From the NCBI RefSeq assembly GCF_018977255.1, contig NW_024705353.1, forward strand, positions 1 through 52,203: DNA of 52,203 nucleotides, in the 5' to 3' direction. Each line of letters opens with the position of its first letter. The stretch's first letter is position 1. This document shows, piece by piece, positions 1-14,700 of this stretch. Source of the stretch: Callorhinchus milii (Eukaryota). A program made the position numbers and the translations under genes. The notes under the pieces were generated by a model. The model did not search any database and had not been told where the DNA came from. It saw only the letters and a list, made by a program, of their open reading frames with translations.

Positions 1-350
1 GGTAGGGGTAGGAGGGTGACCAAAAGCGCCGTCAGTCGAAGAGGAGTGTCTTGAGATGTAACCTTGAAGGAGGTGAGGAGGGGACGATTGAGGCGGAGGC
101 ACCGTAGGATGGAGTTCCAGAGGGTGGGGGCAGAGAAGCTGCAGGACCAACCGCCATTGATGAGGCGGGGCACGTGAAACAGGCTGGAGGCTGCTGAGCG
201 AAAGGTGCGTACAGGTTTGTCGGGGGTTAGGAGGTCACAGAGGTAGGGGCGGGAAGCAAACCATGGAGGGCTTTGAAGGTGAGGATGAGGATATTGAACT
301 GTATGCTTTGTGTAACGGGAAGCCGGTGGAGTTGGGCGAGGATGGTGGTG
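1..350 (-). mobile_element. L2-clade LINE 3' fragment
   Basis: Reverse complement shows the degenerate L2 ORF2 C-terminal pattern (ctcatcctcaccttcaaagccctccatgg...ctctggaactcc...ctcaagacactcctcttcgac). Confidence 0.7.
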
Positions 351-504
351 ATGGGGTAAGTTGGGGTAAGTGTGCGCGAGGGGGAAACATTGGTAGGTAA
401 GAGCTATGAGTGGGACTGGTTGGGGTGAGAACGGGAGTGGAAATATTTGGGGTAACAGCAAGGGGACTACTTGGGGTAAGAAGGGGAAAGTGGGATGAGT
501 TGGG

Positions 505-1017
505 TACTGTCCCGCACCAGGCTTCGCGACCACATCACTCCCACCCTCGCTCCCCTCCACTGGCTCCCCATCCCCCCGAGGATCCAATTCAAGACCTTCA
601 TCCTCACCTACAAGGCCATTCACGGCCTTGCTCCCTCCTACCTCTCTGACCTACTATCCCCCTACTTACCTGCCTGTACCCTCCGTTCCTCTGGCTCCGG
701 TCTGCTCCACATCCCCCGCCCCAACCGCCCTACCATCAGTGGTCGGGCCTTCAGCCTCTCAGCCCCGAGGCTCTGGAACTCCATCCCCAGTGCCTTCGCC
801 GCTTCCTCCTTTTCTTCCTTCAAGGCCGGTCTCAAGATCCTTCTCTTTGACCGAGCCTTCAGCTCCCCTCTCGACTCTCTCCCCCCTCCTCGCTCCCTCC
901 CTTCCCTCCCCTCACCCTGACCATTTCCCCCAATGCTCGGATCCGGATCCAACTGTACAGCGCCTCGGGACGTACTCCTGACGTCAAAGGCGATCTATAA
1001 ATGGAATCTTGTTGTTG
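505..1017 (+). mobile_element. L2-clade LINE 3' end
   Basis: [22 protein letters not shown]...GRAFSLSAPRLWNSIP is the typical L2 ORF2 C-terminus. Tail agcgcctcgggac...tataaatggaatcttgttgttg. Confidence 0.88.
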
Positions 1018-2620
1018 CTCTCTCACACAAACTGACTGCTCTCTCTCACAAACACACTGACTGCACTCCCACACACACACACACACACTGACTGCTCTCC
1101 CACACACACTCACACAGACTGCTCTCACACATATATACTGACTGCCTCACACACACACTCACTGACTGCTCTCTCTCACTCACACACACACACACTGACT
1201 GCTCTCACACACACATTGACTGCTCTCTCTCTTTCACACACACACCCTGACTGCTCTCACACACACACACACTGACTGCTCTCTCACACACACTGACTGC
1301 ACACACACACACTGACTGCTCTCACATATACACACACACACTGACAGCTCTCAAACACACACACTGACTGCTCTCACATACACACACACACACACTGACT
1401 GCTCTCTAACACACATTGACTGCTCTCTCTCGCACACACACACACTGACTGCTCACACATACATTGACTGCTCTCCTACAAACACACGTACTGACTGCTC
1501 TCCCACACACACACTGACTGCTCTCACACACACTGACTGCTCTCAAAAACACACACTGACTGCTCTCACATACACACACACACACTGACTGCTCTCACAT
1601 ACACAAACACACTGACTGCTCTCTAACACACATTGACTGCTCTCTCTCGCACACACACACACTGACTGCTCACACATACATTGACTGCTCTCCCACACAC
1701 ACACTGACTGCTCTCACACACACACACTGACTGCTCTCACATACACACACTGACTGCTCTCACATACACACACACACACTGACTGCTCTCACATACACAC
1801 AAACACACACACTGACTGCTCTCACATACACACACACACACTGACTGCTCTCTCACACACACACTGACTGCTCTCTCTCGCAAACACACACACTGACTGC
1901 TCACACATACATTGACTGCTCTCTCACACACACACACTGACTGCTCTCAAACACACACACTGACTGCTCTCACATACACACACACACTGACTGCTCTCAC
2001 ATACACACACACACACTGACTGCTCTCACATACACAAACACACTGACTGCTCTCTAACACACATTGACAGCTCTCTCTCGCACACACACACACTGACTGC
2101 TCACACATACACTGACTGCTCTCCCACACACACATTCTGACTGCTCTCTCTCACAGACACACACATACTGACTGACTGCTCTCACACACACACTGACTGC
2201 TCACACACACACCGAATGCTCTCACACACACACATACTGACTGCTCTCTCACACACACACACTGACTGCTCACACACACACACTGACTGCTCACACACAC
2301 ACATACTGACTGCTCACACACACACACTGACTGCTCTCTCACACACACTGACTGCTCTCTCTCACACACACACTGACTGCACTCCCACACACACACTCAC
2401 TGACTTCTCTCACACACACCCACTGACTGCTCTCCCACACACACACACAGACACACTGACTGCTCTCTCACACACACACACACACACAGTGACTACTCTC
2501 AATCTCTCTCGCGCACTAACTTCTCTCTCTCTCACACAGACTGACTGATCTCTCGCCCACAATCTCACAGACACGCACTGACTGAGGCAAATACACACAC
2601 ACACACACACACACACACAG
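1018..2620. repeat. Compound minisatellite: (CA)n spacer + CTGACTGCTCTC core
   Basis: Dozens of tandem units of roughly 20-30 nt. Confidence 0.95.
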
Positions 2621-2855
2621 ATACGGAGACTAAGAGAGAGCCTGAAATAGGGAGACGGAAATATATAAACTGAGAGGGACTGACAGAGAGAGAGTGAGTG
2701 AGAGACTGTGAGAGAAAGTGCATCAGTTGTGGTCGCTTACAGCAGTTTAGCAGTGACTGAGGGTTGGGGCTCTCCAGCCGCCCGCACGGCCGTAGGCGGT
2801 GTGTGTCAATAACGGTCCTCAGAGCAGAGATGGGAGAAGAATCAGGATCAACATC

Positions 2856-2861
2856 TTTAAT
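2856..2861 (-). terminator. Candidate polyadenylation signal ATTAAA
   Basis: ATTAAA on the minus strand about 75 nt after the stop codon. Confidence 0.45.
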
Positions 2862-2935
2862 AATCAGTCACTACAGTGCACAGAATATATTCCATATTAT
2901 ACAGACTGTGTGGACAGTCACTGCCTCAGTCAGTG

Positions 2936-3023
2936 TCACACTGTCACTGACAGCTCAGCTCTAATTCCCCGCAGTGACTGCAGCTGATTCTCTCCGTCTG
3001 AACTGAAACCATTCTCCCACAGC
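2936..3023 (-). CDS. Terminal coding exon ([28 protein letters not shown])
   Basis: tgtttcag acceptor in phase 2. Final LRR/cap segment ends in TGA at 2938-2936. Confidence 0.88.
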
Positions 3024-6000
3024 CTGAAACACATTAAACAGGAAATAAACCCATGGGATATTGGTACAAACTGTAAACTGTTCGTGTCGCAGTTTAATAC
3101 ATAAATAAATCCCTTCAAACTGTTCCTATTCTGATACACAGCCCTTTCTCTGTGTGTTTATCACATTAAACACTGACACAAACACTCACCCGATCCTCTC
3201 CAGACTGGTGCAGGTCTGTATGAGGCGGCGGAGAGCGCGGACAGAGCCGTCTGTGAAGAAGTTACACTGCAGGTTCAGGATCCTCAGTGAGCGGTTTGTA
3301 CTGAGAGCGGAGACCAGATCATCAGTGCAGTCATCGGTCAGACTGTTCCTGTCCAACCTGCAGATCAGAGACACAGAGACATGACAGGGATCAGAGTAAA
3401 CACTGTGTATATAACCCACTGTCACTCACAGTTTGTTTGATGCCGGACAGGTTGCAGGAGTTCATACACACAAACACACACACACACCAACACACACAAA
3501 CACAGACAAAAACATCGCCGCAGATACACACTTACTCTCACACACACAAATACACACAAACACAAACACATGACCCACAGAAAAATACACACAAACACAC
3601 ACAAACAGAGTCACATAAACAGAGAGACGCGCACACAGACACACACATACACACATAAATACACACACTCACACATGCAGACAAACAAACACACAACCAC
3701 TCTCACACAAACGCGCTCACACAGAAACATACACAATCACACGCAAAAACGCACCCACGCAAACACATACGTACGCAAACACAACACAGAAACTCACACA
3801 AGCAAACACAAACACACACACAAACAATCAATCATTCACCCAATCGCACACACAAACAATCAGTCATTCACACAAACGCACACATAGGCACACAAACACA
3901 ACCACACGCAAACATACACACAGAAAAAAAAACACGCACGCACAAACACGCATACACACAAACATCCATAAACATTCACACAAACACACACAAATACACA
4001 CACACAGAAACGCACAAACAAATGTACACGAAAACAGACTGACAAACACGCACAAACAAACATCCACAAACATACAAACGCACATAAAGACACACTCAAA
4101 AACACACAATCACAAACAGAAGCACAGCACATACAAACAAACACAGATATAAATAGACATACATAGATACACACTAACACACACTAACATGTGCACACAC
4201 AAACTCACACGCACACACAGAAAGAAACAAACACTCACAAAAGCACTCAAAACCTCAGACGCACAAAATCAAACATACGCCAACACACACTCAAACGCAA
4301 ACATAAGCACAATCACTCACACAAGCACACATACAAACATAAACAATATGGCACACAAACACATAAATGCATACACACACACACAAACACATGACCCACA
4401 GACAAGTACACACACACACAGACACAGACGCAAACACACTCATGCAAGCACACACACATACACACACAAACAAACACATGTCGAACAGACAAATACTGAA
4501 ACACACAGTGATACACACACGCATACACAGAGAAACACACAGAAACAAACACACACACACACAGAAACACAAGCAAACGGACACACACACAAACGCACGC
4601 AAACATACACGTAAACACACACACACAGAAAAAAGCACTCAAGTACACACACAAATACACAGACATATACAAACATACATAACCATACACGCGAAACCAC
4701 ACGCACAAATACACACAGAAACACACAAACAAAGACACACAAAAACAAACTCACAAAGACGCACACACAAAAACACAAAACACAATCACACACACTCATA
4801 TAAACATACATAAAGACAAACAGATACACACTCAAAAACACACAAACAAACAAAGAAACACAAAATCAAATACAAACACAGACATAAATACACATACATA
4901 GATTCACACAAAGAAACACACGCAAATACACATACACACAAGCACATACAAAATACACACAAACATAAATACACATACACACAACCACAAAGTTTGAGTA
5001 AACGTGCAAGCACACAGACACAACCACGCACATAACCGCAGACACCCACACACACACACACAAACACACACACAAACACACACACACACAAATACACAAT
5101 AACATCAACAAAATACCCAACACACACACTCACAGGAACACACACAAACGCACACAACAATAGCAACAAGTTTACAGTTGTATATCGCCTTTCATGTCGG
5201 ACGTCCCAAGGCTCTGACACACACACACACACACTCACAAGCACAAAGTCATACAAATACACACACAGAAACACACAAACAAACACACAAACACACACAC
5301 AAACAAACGTACACACAAGCAAACACTGTCGAACACAAATACACACAGAGACACAAAAAACCCCGCAGAAACACACACACAGACAGAGATACACATAAAC
5401 ACATCCAGACACACAATATATATATAGATATACTCAAAAACACACACAAACACACACACAGAAACAAAGACAAACACACACACAAACAATCGCTCACATA
5501 GATACACACACACTTACGAAAGCACTCACAAAAGCACACAGACCCACATACACAGGCAAACACACACACATATGCATTGACACACACATTGTTAGAATTT
5601 ACACTTTTTGTATAATGTTGGAATCATGATAGAGGTTGCGAACGGGTTAACTTTTAAGTTAAGTGTGTTGTGGGCAGCGGGACTGAAACTCCCTGCACGT
5701 ACACGAGATAACGCACTGTCTCAAGGACAGTGTGTGTGTGTATGTGAGGCACATACACCCCATGAGGTGTTCACGTGAACCCCACATGATTTCGACCAAG
5801 TGATCTAATGTCCGCACCATGATTGGACGAACATTGGTATAAGAGTTCCGATAACTTTGTGTACGGGGCCGTCCCGGGTCGCGGAGACAAGGATACGGGA
5901 GATGGAGCCGTCCCGGGTCGCGGAGACAAGGGGAAGGAGATGGAAGACTGAGAGCTGGAAACACTAAGACTGAGGATCTCAGAGGGAAGATTGAAAGCTG

Positions 6001-7272
6001 TAAGCAAGAAGACCGAAAGCACGAAGAATCAAGCTTGTGTGCTGTAAAGACACAGTGTTGAACTCTTGAACTCGTGATATCTATAGTGGTGTTACTCTTT
6101 ATAAGATCTGTTGATTGTACCGGCCTTTGGCCTGACCCATCGGGATATTGGGGAATAACGAACGAATTATAATAAAACAGTCTGATATCTGGTTAGAGGA
6201 ATCAGCGTTATTTCCTAACAGATTTGGCTAATTTTATTTTCTAACAACATACATACACAAACACACACATACACATGCACTGACACACACACAGAAATAC
6301 ACACACACACAGTGTTTTCTTGGGTTAATGTTAAAGCGTGGTTCAAGAATCTAAAATAGAAGTGCAAAGGCGGCAAAGCTCAGTGACTGAAGGCAGAACC
6401 CAAAACAATGGCAACATAAGGTCAGGACTTACAAGGACACAAAAAGTCCTTGTGGTTAAAGGGATAATTGAAATTGAAACATATTATGGATATAAACATA
6501 TAGGGAGTTGTTTTTCTTAAAAAAGACAGCTTTGTCTGGAGTTATTCAGTTGTCTTTAAACAAATTTGTGTCAGATATCTCTCGGGAACGGTAACGGAGC
6601 AGTGCGGGACACGACCAGTGCTGTGACAGGAATCCGTTCGGTACCGTTTTGTGTCTTGTGTATTATTTTATTGTTTCATTTACTTGTGCATTACCTACTA
6701 TTTTGACTTGAATATAGTGACTGAACTCAACCAATAGGTAAACTGGAGTCGGATCATTTTAAAATTATTGGAGAGAGTTGCAAATTTTTCTAACAGTCAC
6801 ACACACACACAGAGACACACACACAGCACATGCAAACAAACACAGAAAGACACACACACCCGCACAGACACACATTAATACATTTGAGAGTTTGATGTAA
6901 ACGATGGCTTGTGGCCTCACACTGTCACACCGATTCCTGTCACAATATTCAGCCGCACTGATCAGACAGTCACAATAAACACATTGAGATATTGCAGTTA
7001 TTCAGACTCTGGAGACACAGTGCGTTACTTACTGCAGACTCTGTATTTTACACTCCGGGTTCCTCAGAGCCTCACACAGTCGCTTCACTCCACAATCTCC
7101 CAGATTATTGCTCCCCAGACTGGACACAGGGACAGAAACACAGGGAATATAGTGTAACAACACAATACATATTGACATGTATATACAGGAGCCTTTCACG
7201 TGGGGAGCAAGTCCCAAGGCGCTGGGACCAGTGTCACACACACCCGAACATGTGCCCACACACACATCACAG

Positions 7273-7303
<31 letters not shown>

Positions 7304-7570
7304 GATTCTCTCCATGTCTCTCCCACAAAACAGTCACTACGTTTAATAATATATTCTCTTTCACCGTCTCTCTCTCTCTCTCAGTCTCCTTCTATGTCTT
7401 TCATTTTCTCACTCTCTCAGTCTCCTTCTATGTCTCTCTCTCTCTAAGTTTCTTTCTCTGCCTCTCCCACAAAACACAGTCCCTACGCGTGATAACATAT
7501 TCTCCCTCATCGTCTCTCTCTTTCTCTCAGTCTCTTACTCGCTCTCTCTCACAATCATTCTTCTTTCGCT

Positions 7571-7620
<50 letters not shown>

Positions 7621-8357
7621 CAGTCTCTATCTCTCTGGCTCTCTGTGGCTGTCTCTCAGTCTCTTTCTCACTTTGTATCTCTGAATCACTTTCTCTCTCT
7701 GTCTCTGTCTTTCTCTCAGTCTCTCTCTCTCACTTTGTGTTTCTCAGGCACTTTCACTCTCACTCCCTCTCTTGGTAACTTTCTCTATCGCTCACAAATA
7801 TACCGTCAACTCACTTTACAGTCGATTCTGTGAAGCGCTTTGAGCCGTCTAGAAGGCGTGAAAACACTATATCAAACGCAAGGATTATTATTAGTTGTAG
7901 TAGTAGAAGTAGTATTATCTCTCCGGCAGTTTATCCCAATCTCTCTCTCTCTCTCTCAGTCAAACTCTATCTGTTTTCCCCACAAAACACTTCACTATAT
8001 ATTCTCTCTCACTATCTCTCTCACTCTCTCTCTCAATCTTTCTGAGTCTCTGTCTCTGTCTCTGTCCCTCAATCTCTCTCTCTCTCTCTATTTCACAATC
8101 ATTTTCTCAGTCTCTGTGTCTCTCTATCTGTGTCTATCAATGTCTCTTTCTCTCTCTCTCTCTCTTTCAATCTCTCTCTGTCTCAGTCAGTCAATCTCTT
8201 TGAGTCTCTCTGTCTCGTCAACAAAACATAGTCACTACACATTATAATATATTCTCTCTCCATTTCTGTCTCACTCAGTCTTTCAGACACTTCTCTTCCT
8301 CATATCTCTCTCAGTCGCTCTCTCTCGAAGTCTCTTTCTCTCCCTTATTCACGCACT

Positions 8358-8404
<47 letters not shown>

Positions 8405-8704
8405 CTCTCACTCTCTTTCTCAGTCTCTCTCTCTCTCTGTGTCTCCCAGTCTCTCTCCCTCCATCTACGTGTCTCAGTCTCTCTTCCTCTCAGTCTCTCA
8501 GACTATCTTTCTCTATTAGTGTCTCTCAGTATCTCTTTCTGTCACTCTCTCACATTCTCTCTCACTCTGTGTCTCTGAGTCACTTTCTCTCTCAGCCTCC
8601 CTCTCTGTTTATTTCTCTCCTCTCTCGCATTCTCTCTCTCTCTCTCTCTTTTCTCACTTAGTTGTCTCACTCAGTCTCCCTTTCTCAGTCTCTCTCTCTC
8701 CCAG

Positions 8705-8787
<83 letters not shown>

Positions 8788-11700
8788 TCAATATCTGTCT
8801 CATCACTCGATCTCTCAGTCTCTCTCTCTCTGTCGTGTAGTCTCTCTGACGCTCTCCCAGTCTCTATCAGTGCCTTTCTGACTCTCTCCTCCTTTCGTTC
8901 TGCCTCTCTTTCTCTCTCTCTCTCTTCCTCTTTCTTTGTCAGTCTCTCTCACTGACTCTCTCTCTGTATTTCTCTCTCTGACTGTCTCTTTCTCTCTCGC
9001 AGTAACACTGTCTGTCACACAAAACACAGTGTCACTAAACTTTAAAATATCTCTCTCACAAACTCTCTCCCTGCGTTTTTCCCTCTCTCATTCTCTCTCT
9101 GTATCTCTTACTCTTCTTTCCCTCATTGAATCTCTCGCCCTGTCTCTGTCTTTATCTCTGACTGTTACTGTCTCTCTCTCTCTCTCTCTGTATGTTTCTC
9201 TATCAGTCTCTCTCTCTCTCTCGCTCTCTCTCTCACAGTCTGTCTAACATTCTCTCACTTTGGCTCTTCCACAAGGCATAGTCACTATTCGATATTATAT
9301 ATTTTTGTATCAGTCTCTCTTTGTGTCTCTACCTGTCTCACTTTCTTCTCGGTCTCTGTCTCTTAGTTCTCCGAAAATGCACAGTCACTACATGTTGTAT
9401 GTCATGTACCCTATTCTCTCTCACTGTGCCTGTCTTTCTCTCAGTTTGTCTCTCTACTCTCTCCTGCTCAGTTTCTTTCTCTCAATCTCTCTCTGATTCT
9501 CTGTCTCTCCCTTTTTCTCTTTCTAAATCAGTCTCTCTCTCTTGTCGCTCTCTCTGTTTCATTACTGTCAGTCTCTGTATTCGCCTCTCGCTCTATCTTT
9601 CGTTCCCTCAGTCTCTCTTCACTATCTTACTTCTCTCTTTCTGTCACTTTCTCTAGTCCCTCTCACAAAAAAAGACTGCATGTTAAATTTCTTCTCCCCT
9701 AGTCTCTCTCTCTCTATCAGTATCTCTCACTTTCTCTCAATCTATTTCACAGACTATCACTCTGTCTTTCTCTCACTCAGTCTCTCTTATCTCTCAGTAT
9801 CTCTTTCTATCTCTGCATCTCTCTGTCTGTCTGTCTCTCAATTCCCATCTATCTCTCATTCTCTCATGAAATATTGTTTTCAAGGGATTAATAACCCTGG
9901 AAAAGTGATCAGCAAATCGTCTAACAACCGGATTGTGACTGTGTGGCAATCAGACACGAGTGGAGTAAGGAAACATCCGTAAGGTTTTGCCCTGTCAGGA
10001 ATCACCCCCAGGCCCTCTCGCTAGCGAGGCGAGGGCTTTAACCACTGAGCTACAGGGCTCAGACTGCAGTGTGTGTGAGCAGACACAGGCTAACTCAGGG
10101 CTGAAGCTGTGTAGATTTCATTCTGGGTGAGGGTTTTGCACAGACGTTTTGACTGGAAAGATTCTGACAAAAAAAAACCTCAAACCTAGGGGAGGCGTCG
10201 GAGCTGTGAGGATCCGCATGTCACGAGAGATGGGGTTTCCAGCACATGGTTTCATTTTAACACATGTTGAGAGTTTGATGTAAACGATGGCTTGTGGCCT
10301 CACACTATCACACCGATTCCTGTCACAATATTCAGCCGCACTGATCAGACAGTCACAATAAACACATTGAGATATTCGGATCATTCAGACTCTGGAAATA
10401 CAGTGTGTTACTTACTCCAGTGTCTGTATTTTAAACACCGGGTTCCTCAGAGCCTTACACAGTGGCTTCACTCCACAATTTCCCAGTTTATTAATATTGA
10501 GGTACAGCTCCGTCAGTGAGTGGTTTGTGCTGGAGCGGAGGTCAGATCCTCGTACAATCCGTTGTCAGATTGACTGTCCAACCTGCAGATCAGAGACACA
10601 GAGACATAACAGGGATCAGAGTAAACACAGTGTGTGTAACCCACTGTCACTCACAGTTTGTTTGATGCCGGACAGGTGGCAGCAGTGCACGCGCATACAC
10701 ACACACGCACACCAGCACACACAGACACGCTACACACAGACACAAAAACACACACGCATACTCACCCCAAACACGCACAAATACACACTCAAACATACAT
10801 AGATCACACACATACACATACATACCAAGAACTAACACACACATACACAGAAAAAAAATCAAATGCACACACACAACCAAACAAGCACCCACACACAAAC
10901 ACAAGCACACGTGCACAAATACAGAAATACACAAATACAAGTACACAACTACACACATATACAATCACGAGCACAAATACAGATACAGAAACACATAGAC
11001 AGGAACAGACAATATTGCACACGCTCACAGGCACACAGAAACAAACAGACATGAAACACACTTACACACAAGCAAACGCATGACACACGCTGAAATACAC
11101 ACGCACGGACACACATACACAAACAGAAAGACACACAGACAAGCAAACGCACACAAAAAAATCACAAAAACACACACACTACAAAACACACAAGTACGCG
11201 CACAAAAAACTAAGACACACAAAAATACAAACACACATGAACACAAACATGACACAAACAAGTTACACGAAATGCGTGCGCACACAAATACCCACACAAA
11301 CACACAGAAATGCACATACAAACACACAGCAAACGCACACAACAAACCACACGCACAAGGCACACAAATAAACAGACAAACATACACAAGCACAGAATGT
11401 CAAAAGGCGCAAAAAACACACGACAGAAAAACATACACGTATACACATACACACACAAACAAATTCACATGCGCACAGAAATACGCACAAACACATACAT
11501 ATGCAAACACACACAGCACACACATATACAAATACACAATCATACACACAAAAAAACACACACAACAGAAACACAAAACAAACACACAAACCGACACACA
11601 AACACGCGCACACAAGCCCACACACAAACAAACACAAAATCACACAAACACACGCATAAAAACATAAACACACACAGAAATACACACACACAGAAGCACA

Positions 11701-14700
11701 CAAGAAACACAACGAAATACACAGGGACATATCACAAAACAACAGAAAACACAAACACACATTCACGCACCCAACCCCAAAAACATAGACGCACATAACA
11801 CACAAACAAACAAAATCACGGACACACAAATACGCACACCTCACGCATAACAAACACACAAAGAAACACTCAAACAAGCACAATAAACACACACGGGCAC
11901 AACAAACAAATACATACACAGAAACATACACTGAAACACATGTGAACACAAACAAACACTCACAAACAGACAATCACAACGCAAGAAACACACCACTCAT
12001 ATACACACACAAACACACAAACAAACTCACAAACAAACTCACATGTGCACACGCACACACACAAACTTACACAATACATACGCACACACAATCATACATT
12101 CATGCAAACACACAAACGTAAACACTCACAAGCACACCAAACACACTACACAAAATAACACAAACAAACATACATATAAATACACATCCACACAACCAAA
12201 CAAACACAAATAGATGCACACATACAAACACACAATCTCGCACACAAACATTCACACAAACATTCACCAATGCAAACACAACACACACACACAAAAACAC
12301 TCAAACATACAAACACAGAAACAAACAGATACTCACAAATACACACGCAAGCACGCACAGACACTCACAAAAAACAGTCACAAACGCACACACAGAATCA
12401 GAAACACACGCAAACACAGACAAATAAACAGACACACACACACATACACAATAACACAAGTTGAGAGTTTGATGTAAACGATGGCTTGTGGCCTCACACT
12501 GTCACACCGATTCCTGTCGCAATATTCAGTCGCACTGATCAGACAGTCACAATAAACACATTGAGATATTGGAGTCATTCAGACTCTGGAGACACAGTGT
12601 TACTTACCACAGACTCTGTATTTTACACTCCGGGTTCCTCAGAGCCTCACACAGTCGCTTCACTCCACAATCTCCCAGATTATTGCCCCCCAACCTGGAC
12701 ACAGGGACACAAACACAGGGAATATAGTGTAACAACACAAACACATTGACATGTATATACAGGAGCCTTTCACATGGGGAGCAAGTCCCAAGGCGCTGGG
12801 ACCAGGGTCACACACACATGTGCACACAACAGCACAGTCTTCTCTATATCTCTCTCACGCTCCGTCTTTTTCTCTCTTCTGTCTCTTTCTCTCAGTCTCT
12901 CTCTCGCACTCTCTCTCTGTCTTTCTCCTCTCTCACTGCCTATATTCTATTCTTTGTCAGTCTCTCTCTTTGTCTCTTTCCTTCTCGCAGTCACACTCCC
13001 TCAGTCTCTTTCTCTCTCATCTCTCTCGCTCTCTGTCTTTCGCTCTGACATTCTCCAACTCAGTCTCTCTCCCAGTCTCTTTATCTCAGTCACTTTCTCA
13101 GTCTCTTGCTTTGTCTCTATCATTCTCTCTTTCTGTCTCTCTCTCTCTGTCTCGCTTTTTCTCGCTCACTCACTCTTAGTCTCTCCCACCACCACATGGA
13201 TATATTGCATCTCCCTAAGCTCTCACTTGCTCCCTCTTTCTCTTAATATCTCTCTCTGAGTCTCTCTCTCTCTGTCTCGCTCAGAGTCTTTTGCTCTATC
13301 TCTTCCACAAAACACAGTCACTTCACAGTATATACATTTCCTTCTCCAGTCTCCCTATATTTTCTCTCTCAATCTCTCTGTCTACCTCTCAGTCTCTCCC
13401 ACAAATACCACACAATATATTCATTTCCTCGAGGCGCTTCTCTCTCTCCCTCTCTCACACAGCTCTCTCAGTCTCACTTTCTCTCAGTCTCTCTCTCAGT
13501 CTCTCTATCTCTCTCAGTCTCTCTCTCTCATTCTCTCTCTGTCTCTCTCTGTCTCTCTCTCCGTCTTTCTCTCTCAGTCTCTCTCTCTCATCTCTCTCTC
13601 TCTGTCTCTCTCAGTCTCTCGCTCTCATTCGCTCTTTCTCTCACTCTGTCTTTCTCTCACTCAGTCCCTCTCTGCCAGTTTTGTATTTTTCTNNNNNNNN
13701 NNNNNNNNNNNNNNNNNNNNNNTAAGCCCGTGAACATCCTCGACTGAACCATAGAAGGGTCATTATTTTCGCATTATCCGACGCGATGTTATCCATAGGC
13801 ACACAAACACAACCACACGCGCAAAACATACCCACAGAAAAAAACACACGCACGCACAAACACGCATACACAAACATCCATAAAACATTCACACAAACAC
13901 ACACAAATACACACACACAGAAACGCAACACAAACAAATTACACGAAAACAGACTGACAAACACGCACAACAAACACCACAAACATACAAACGCACATAA
14001 AGACACACTCAAAAACACACAATCACAAACAGAAGCACAGCACATACAAACAAACACAGATATAAATAGACATACATAGATACACACAACACACCACTAC
14101 ATGTGCACACAAAACTCACACGCACACACAGAAAGAAACAAACACTCACAAAAGCACTCAAACCTCAGACACGCACAAAATCAAACATACGCAACACACA
14201 CTCAAACGCAAACATAAGCACAATCACTCACACAAGCACACAAACAAACATAAACAATATGGCACACAAACACATAATAAATCATACACACACACACAAA
14301 CATGACCCACAGACAAGTACACACACACACAGACACACACGCAAACACACTCATGCAAGCACACACACATACACACACAAACAAACACATGTCGTACAGA
14401 CTCACACAGTGATACACACACGCATACACAGAGAAACACACAGAAACAAACACACACACTCACAGAAACAAGCAAACGGACACACACACAAACGCACGCA
14501 AACATACACGTAAACACACCACACAGAAAAAAGCACACAAGTACACACACAAATAACAGACATATACAAACATACATAACCATACACGCGAAACCACACG
14601 CACAAATACACACAGAAAACACAAACAAAGACACACAAAACAAACTCACAAGACGCACACACAAAAACACAAAACACAATCACACACACCAAGAAAACAT

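Larger units (their letters stand above)
3883..13692 (+). repeat. About 9.8-kb duplicated block, copy 1
   Basis: Collinear with 13794-23640. Both start cataggcacacaaacacaaccacacgc and end ctgccagttt(t)gtatttttct, with the same LTR, SINE and exon content. Confidence 0.93.

Noticed and set aside
7016..7022. CACAGTG (RSS heptamer) beside LRR exon donors, suggesting RAG-type rearrangement of LRR cassettes
   Set aside because: No ACAAAAACC-like nonamer at 12- or 23-nt spacing at the site checked, the heptamer is altered in the B cassettes, and it is common in CA-rich DNA.
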